30,269 bases of DNA from Elusimicrobiota bacterium (GTDB lineage: Bacteria > CG03 > SLGR01 > JAGXOG01). Position numbers and translations under genes: made by a program. The stretch covers positions 1 through 30,269 of the forward strand of contig JBNJDT010000016.1 of the NCBI GenBank assembly GCA_051745145.1, in the 5' to 3' direction. The stretch's first letter is position 1; each line of letters begins with the position of its first letter. The notes beneath the pieces were generated by a model, which was not told the DNA's origin, searched no databases, and saw nothing but the letters and a program-made list of their open reading frames with translations. This document shows positions 27,714 through 30,269 of this stretch, piece after piece.

Positions 27714-29314
27714 TGAAAAAGCTACTAAAGTTTCTCTTAAATATTGCAATTATAGTTAGTATAGGGGGGCTTTTAGTTTCATGTGACAAGGAAAAAAAGA
27801 AAGAGACCGGTGGAACTATAATTCAGGCTTCTATAGGAGATGCCAGTTATCTCAACCCTGTCCTGGCCACCGATTCGGCATCCAATGATATAAATGCCCA
27901 TATTTACAATGGCCTGGTTAAATACGATAAAGATCTTGAACTGACCGGCGATCTTGCCAAATCCTGGGAAATTTCGGATGATAATCTAAAAATAATATTT
28001 TATCTTCGCGAAGATGTCACCTGGCATGACGGGGAGCAATTTACTGCCGAAGATGTTGCTTTTACCTACGAAATAATAATGGCTACCGGTACTCGCACAC
28101 CTTATTCTTCGAATTTTGAAAGAGTAGAGGAACTTTCCACGCCGGATGAATATACTGTAGAAGTTGAATATAAAAAGCCGTATTCGCCGGCATTAGAAAG
28201 CTGGGGTATGGGAATCCTTCCCCAGCATATTTACCGGGGTACGGATATAAATACTAACCCTCACAACCGGGAACCGGTGGGAACCGGTCCTTATAAATTT
28301 GTTGACTGGCGTACCGATGATAGGATAGTTCTAAAAGCTAATAAAGATTATTTTGAGGGTGAGCCCGGAATTGAAAGATATATTTATAAAATTATTCCGG
28401 ACCAGTCCGTTCAGTTTATGGAACTAGAGAAAGGAACCATAGATTGGATGTCCCCCACCCCCGACCAGTGGGTGGAGGAGACTTCCAAAGAAGAATTTTT
28501 AGAAGAGTACAACAGGTACCGGTATCCGTCATTTAATTTTACTTATATGGGTTACAATTTAAATTCCGGGCTTTTCAAAGACAGAAAAGTAAGAAGGGCC
28601 ATAAATTATGCCATTAACAAGGAAGAAATAATAGATTCGGTTTTACAGGGACTGGGTAAAAAGATGACCGGCCCGTATCCTCCCCAGACCTGGGCCCACA
28701 ATGAAAATGTAGAAGATTACGGGTATGACCCGGCAAAAGCAGAAGAATTATTGAAAGATGCCGGATGGAAGAAAAACCCCAAAACCGGTATTTTTCAAAA
28801 AGACGGTAGGAATTTTTCGTTTACCCTGATGACCAACCAGGGCAACCGGCCCCGGAAACTTACGGCTGAAATAATTCAGTCCCAGCTTAAAGAACTGGGG
28901 ATGAATGTAAAAGTCAGAGTTCAGGAATGGAGTTCCTTTATCCAACAGTATATGGAGAAAAAACAGTTTGACGCTATTATTCTTGGCTGGTCATTATCCA
29001 TCGATCCGGACCAGTATTCACTCTGGCACTCTTCCCAGCAGGGAGAAGGCCAGTATAATTTTACGGGATATACCAATGAAGAAGTAGATTCTCTTTTAGA
29101 AGAGGGCCGGGCAACTTTTGATATTCAAAAGAGAAAAGGGATTTATAACAGGATTCACAAAATCCTGCACCGGGACCAGCCGTATATGTTTTTGTATATA
29201 TCGGATTCCAGACATATTATTCACAACAGATTTAAGAATATTGAAGTTGCGGAAGCAGGGATAACTTATAATTTTATAGACTGGTATGTTCCCGATAATT
29301 TACGGAAATATTAG
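27713..29314 (+). CDS. ABC peptide/nickel substrate-binding lipoprotein (SBP family 5, AppA-like)
   Basis: Lipobox LVSC; LNP; DLAKSWE; LR.DV.WHDG..FTAEDV.FT; PVGTGPY; VRRAI.YAI. Confidence 0.93.
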   Translation: MKKLLKFLLNIAIIVSIGGLLVSCDKEKKKETGGTIIQASIGDASYLNPVLATDSASNDINAHIYNGLVKYDKDLELTGDLAKSWEISDDNLKIIFYLREDVTWHDGEQFTAEDVAFTYEIIMATGTRTPYSSNFERVEELSTPDEYTVEVEYKKPYSPALESWGMGILPQHIYRGTDINTNPHNREPVGTGPYKFVDWRTDDRIVLKANKDYFEGEPGIERYIYKIIPDQSVQFMELEKGTIDWMSPTPDQWVEETSKEEFLEEYNRYRYPSFNFTYMGYNLNSGLFKDRKVRRAINYAINKEEIIDSVLQGLGKKMTGPYPPQTWAHNENVEDYGYDPAKAEELLKDAGWKKNPKTGIFQKDGRNFSFTLMTNQGNRPRKLTAEIIQSQLKELGMNVKVRVQEWSSFIQQYMEKKQFDAIILGWSLSIDPDQYSLWHSSQQGEGQYNFTGYTNEEVDSLLEEGRATFDIQKRKGIYNRIHKILHRDQPYMFLYISDSRHIIHNRFKNIEVAEAGITYNFIDWYVPDNLRKY

Positions 29315-29340
29315 AACTTAAAATTTAAGATATAAATCTT

Positions 29341-29823
29341 ATGTCTTTACATTATCTTATAGACGGCTACAATTTTTTACATAAATATTCGGAGAAATTT
29401 CCCGGTAATTTAAGGAAATCCAGAGAAAAATTTATAAAAAAAATAAAAAAGACCCGCCCGGAAGGTTCTTCCAGAAACAAAATTACGGTAGTATTTGACG
29501 GGCAACCCGGTATAAATTTTCCATCTGAAAAAGGCCTTAATGTAATTTTTACCTCCGGACGGGAAGCTGATGATATAATATGTGATATTGTAGAAGAAAG
29601 TTCGAATCCAAAACGCATAAAAGTTATAACGGAAGACAATTTTCTAAAACGGAGAGTAAAAGAAAAAGGGGCCCGGATTATGAAACTCCAAAAATTTTAT
29701 GTACGAATATTTCCCCAAAAAAGAGAGCGGAAATACACCGATACCGGGGAACCGGATCCAAAAACTAAAGAGAAGATAAACCGGGATTTGTTTAAAGAAT
29801 GGATAGATAAAAAGCAAGAATAA
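29341..29823 (+). CDS. NYN/YacP-like PIN-fold RNase
   Basis: IDGYN, VVFDG, ADD.I, VITED acidic tetrad. Confidence 0.85.
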   Translation: MSLHYLIDGYNFLHKYSEKFPGNLRKSREKFIKKIKKTRPEGSSRNKITVVFDGQPGINFPSEKGLNVIFTSGREADDIICDIVEESSNPKRIKVITEDNFLKRRVKEKGARIMKLQKFYVRIFPQKRERKYTDTGEPDPKTKEKINRDLFKEWIDKKQE

Positions 29824-29882
29824 TTTTTATACAACTCTAAGAGTAACTCTAAATATTTCTAACTTTTCTAATATATTTGATT

Positions 29883-29891
29883 TTATCCACA
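29883..29891 (+). promoter_or_regulatory. Perfect DnaA box
   Basis: TTATCCACA in an AT-rich non-coding region. Confidence 0.5.
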
Positions 29892-30269
29892 TATTTTGGT
29901 ATAAATATTAGAAATATTGTAAGCTTTTAAAAATAGAGGAAAATTATATTAGTAAAAGGTTACTATAAAAGTTGAAAATTAGACGGGTTTAATTTTATAA
30001 TCCTTTAAAAGTTTGTTATAAATCAAAATCTGTATTACTATATAAGAAAGTTGTTTTTTTCTTAGAGATTTTTAACAGAAAAAAAAGGTAGTAATTATAA
30101 AGATTTAATAATAAAAAATTGACGATACTTAAGGCAAGGTTACAGACTTTAATATCGCAATAAGGTAGCATATTAACAAAGTTATAGAGACATGCGGCTG
30201 CACCGCTATAAAGGGGTGGTGTGGGTAGTGTGTATTTGTATATATTATGATGATAAATAATAAAAAATT

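Noticed and set aside
130..29639. Numerous antisense or nested ORFs (e.g. 10101-10769, 11567-12232, 19514-20011, 25593-26078, 27255-27749)
   Set aside because: They are shadows of well-supported genes on the opposite strand and contain no recognisable motifs.
30130..30205. c-di-GMP-I (GEMM) riboswitch
   Set aside because: GGCAA is present, but the GAAA tetraloop, GACGCAAA and receptor elements are missing.
30213..30232. MraZ-binding GTGG repeats
   Set aside because: The GTGG units are 5 bp apart, not the ~10-bp period, and there are only two.
1..30269. CRISPR arrays, tRNA/rRNA, transposases, integrases, defence systems, strong intrinsic terminators
   Set aside because: No spaced repeats, cloverleafs, mobile-element motifs or GC hairpin + U-tract found by eye. 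The NYN protein is the housekeeping YacP type.

Overview
Gene-dense, AT-rich bacterial chromosome segment with about 33 CDS and no tRNA, rRNA, CRISPR array or intact mobile element. It probably comes from an anaerobic diderm; the S20 N-terminus 'KLPTGRHT' recalls Elusimicrobiota (from memory, unverified). Layout: (1) leuS (5'-truncated)-lptE-holA, convergent with rpsT, then capA. (2) A ~15.8 kb co-directional, tightly coupled run starting with envelope genes (TPR protein, WecA/TagO-type transferase, a flavoprotein resembling eukaryote-type UDP-galactopyranose mutase, GT4). It continues into a non-canonical carboxylic-acid cluster: Re-citrate synthase-like enzyme fused to a Cache sensor domain, malic enzyme, LeuCD/HacAB-type two-subunit aconitase, NAD-type IDH, split class I fumarase, ndk, ackA, nfnAB. 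(3) A minus-strand patch with an alpha/beta hydrolase, a compositionally distinct DUF192 gene and an unannotated decayed pseudogene. (4) A second operon: SucCD-like ligase with altered acid-binding motifs, nitrilase-family amidase, a stand-alone GatE-type GAD domain, YfcE, methyltransferase, YjbQ, orphan peptide-binding lipoprotein, NYN nuclease. (5) A terminal AT-rich non-coding region with a perfect DnaA box. The best novelty candidate is the divergent SucCD + amidase + free GAD module. CCGG is strongly over-represented throughout. All calls come from motif recognition, with no database searches.
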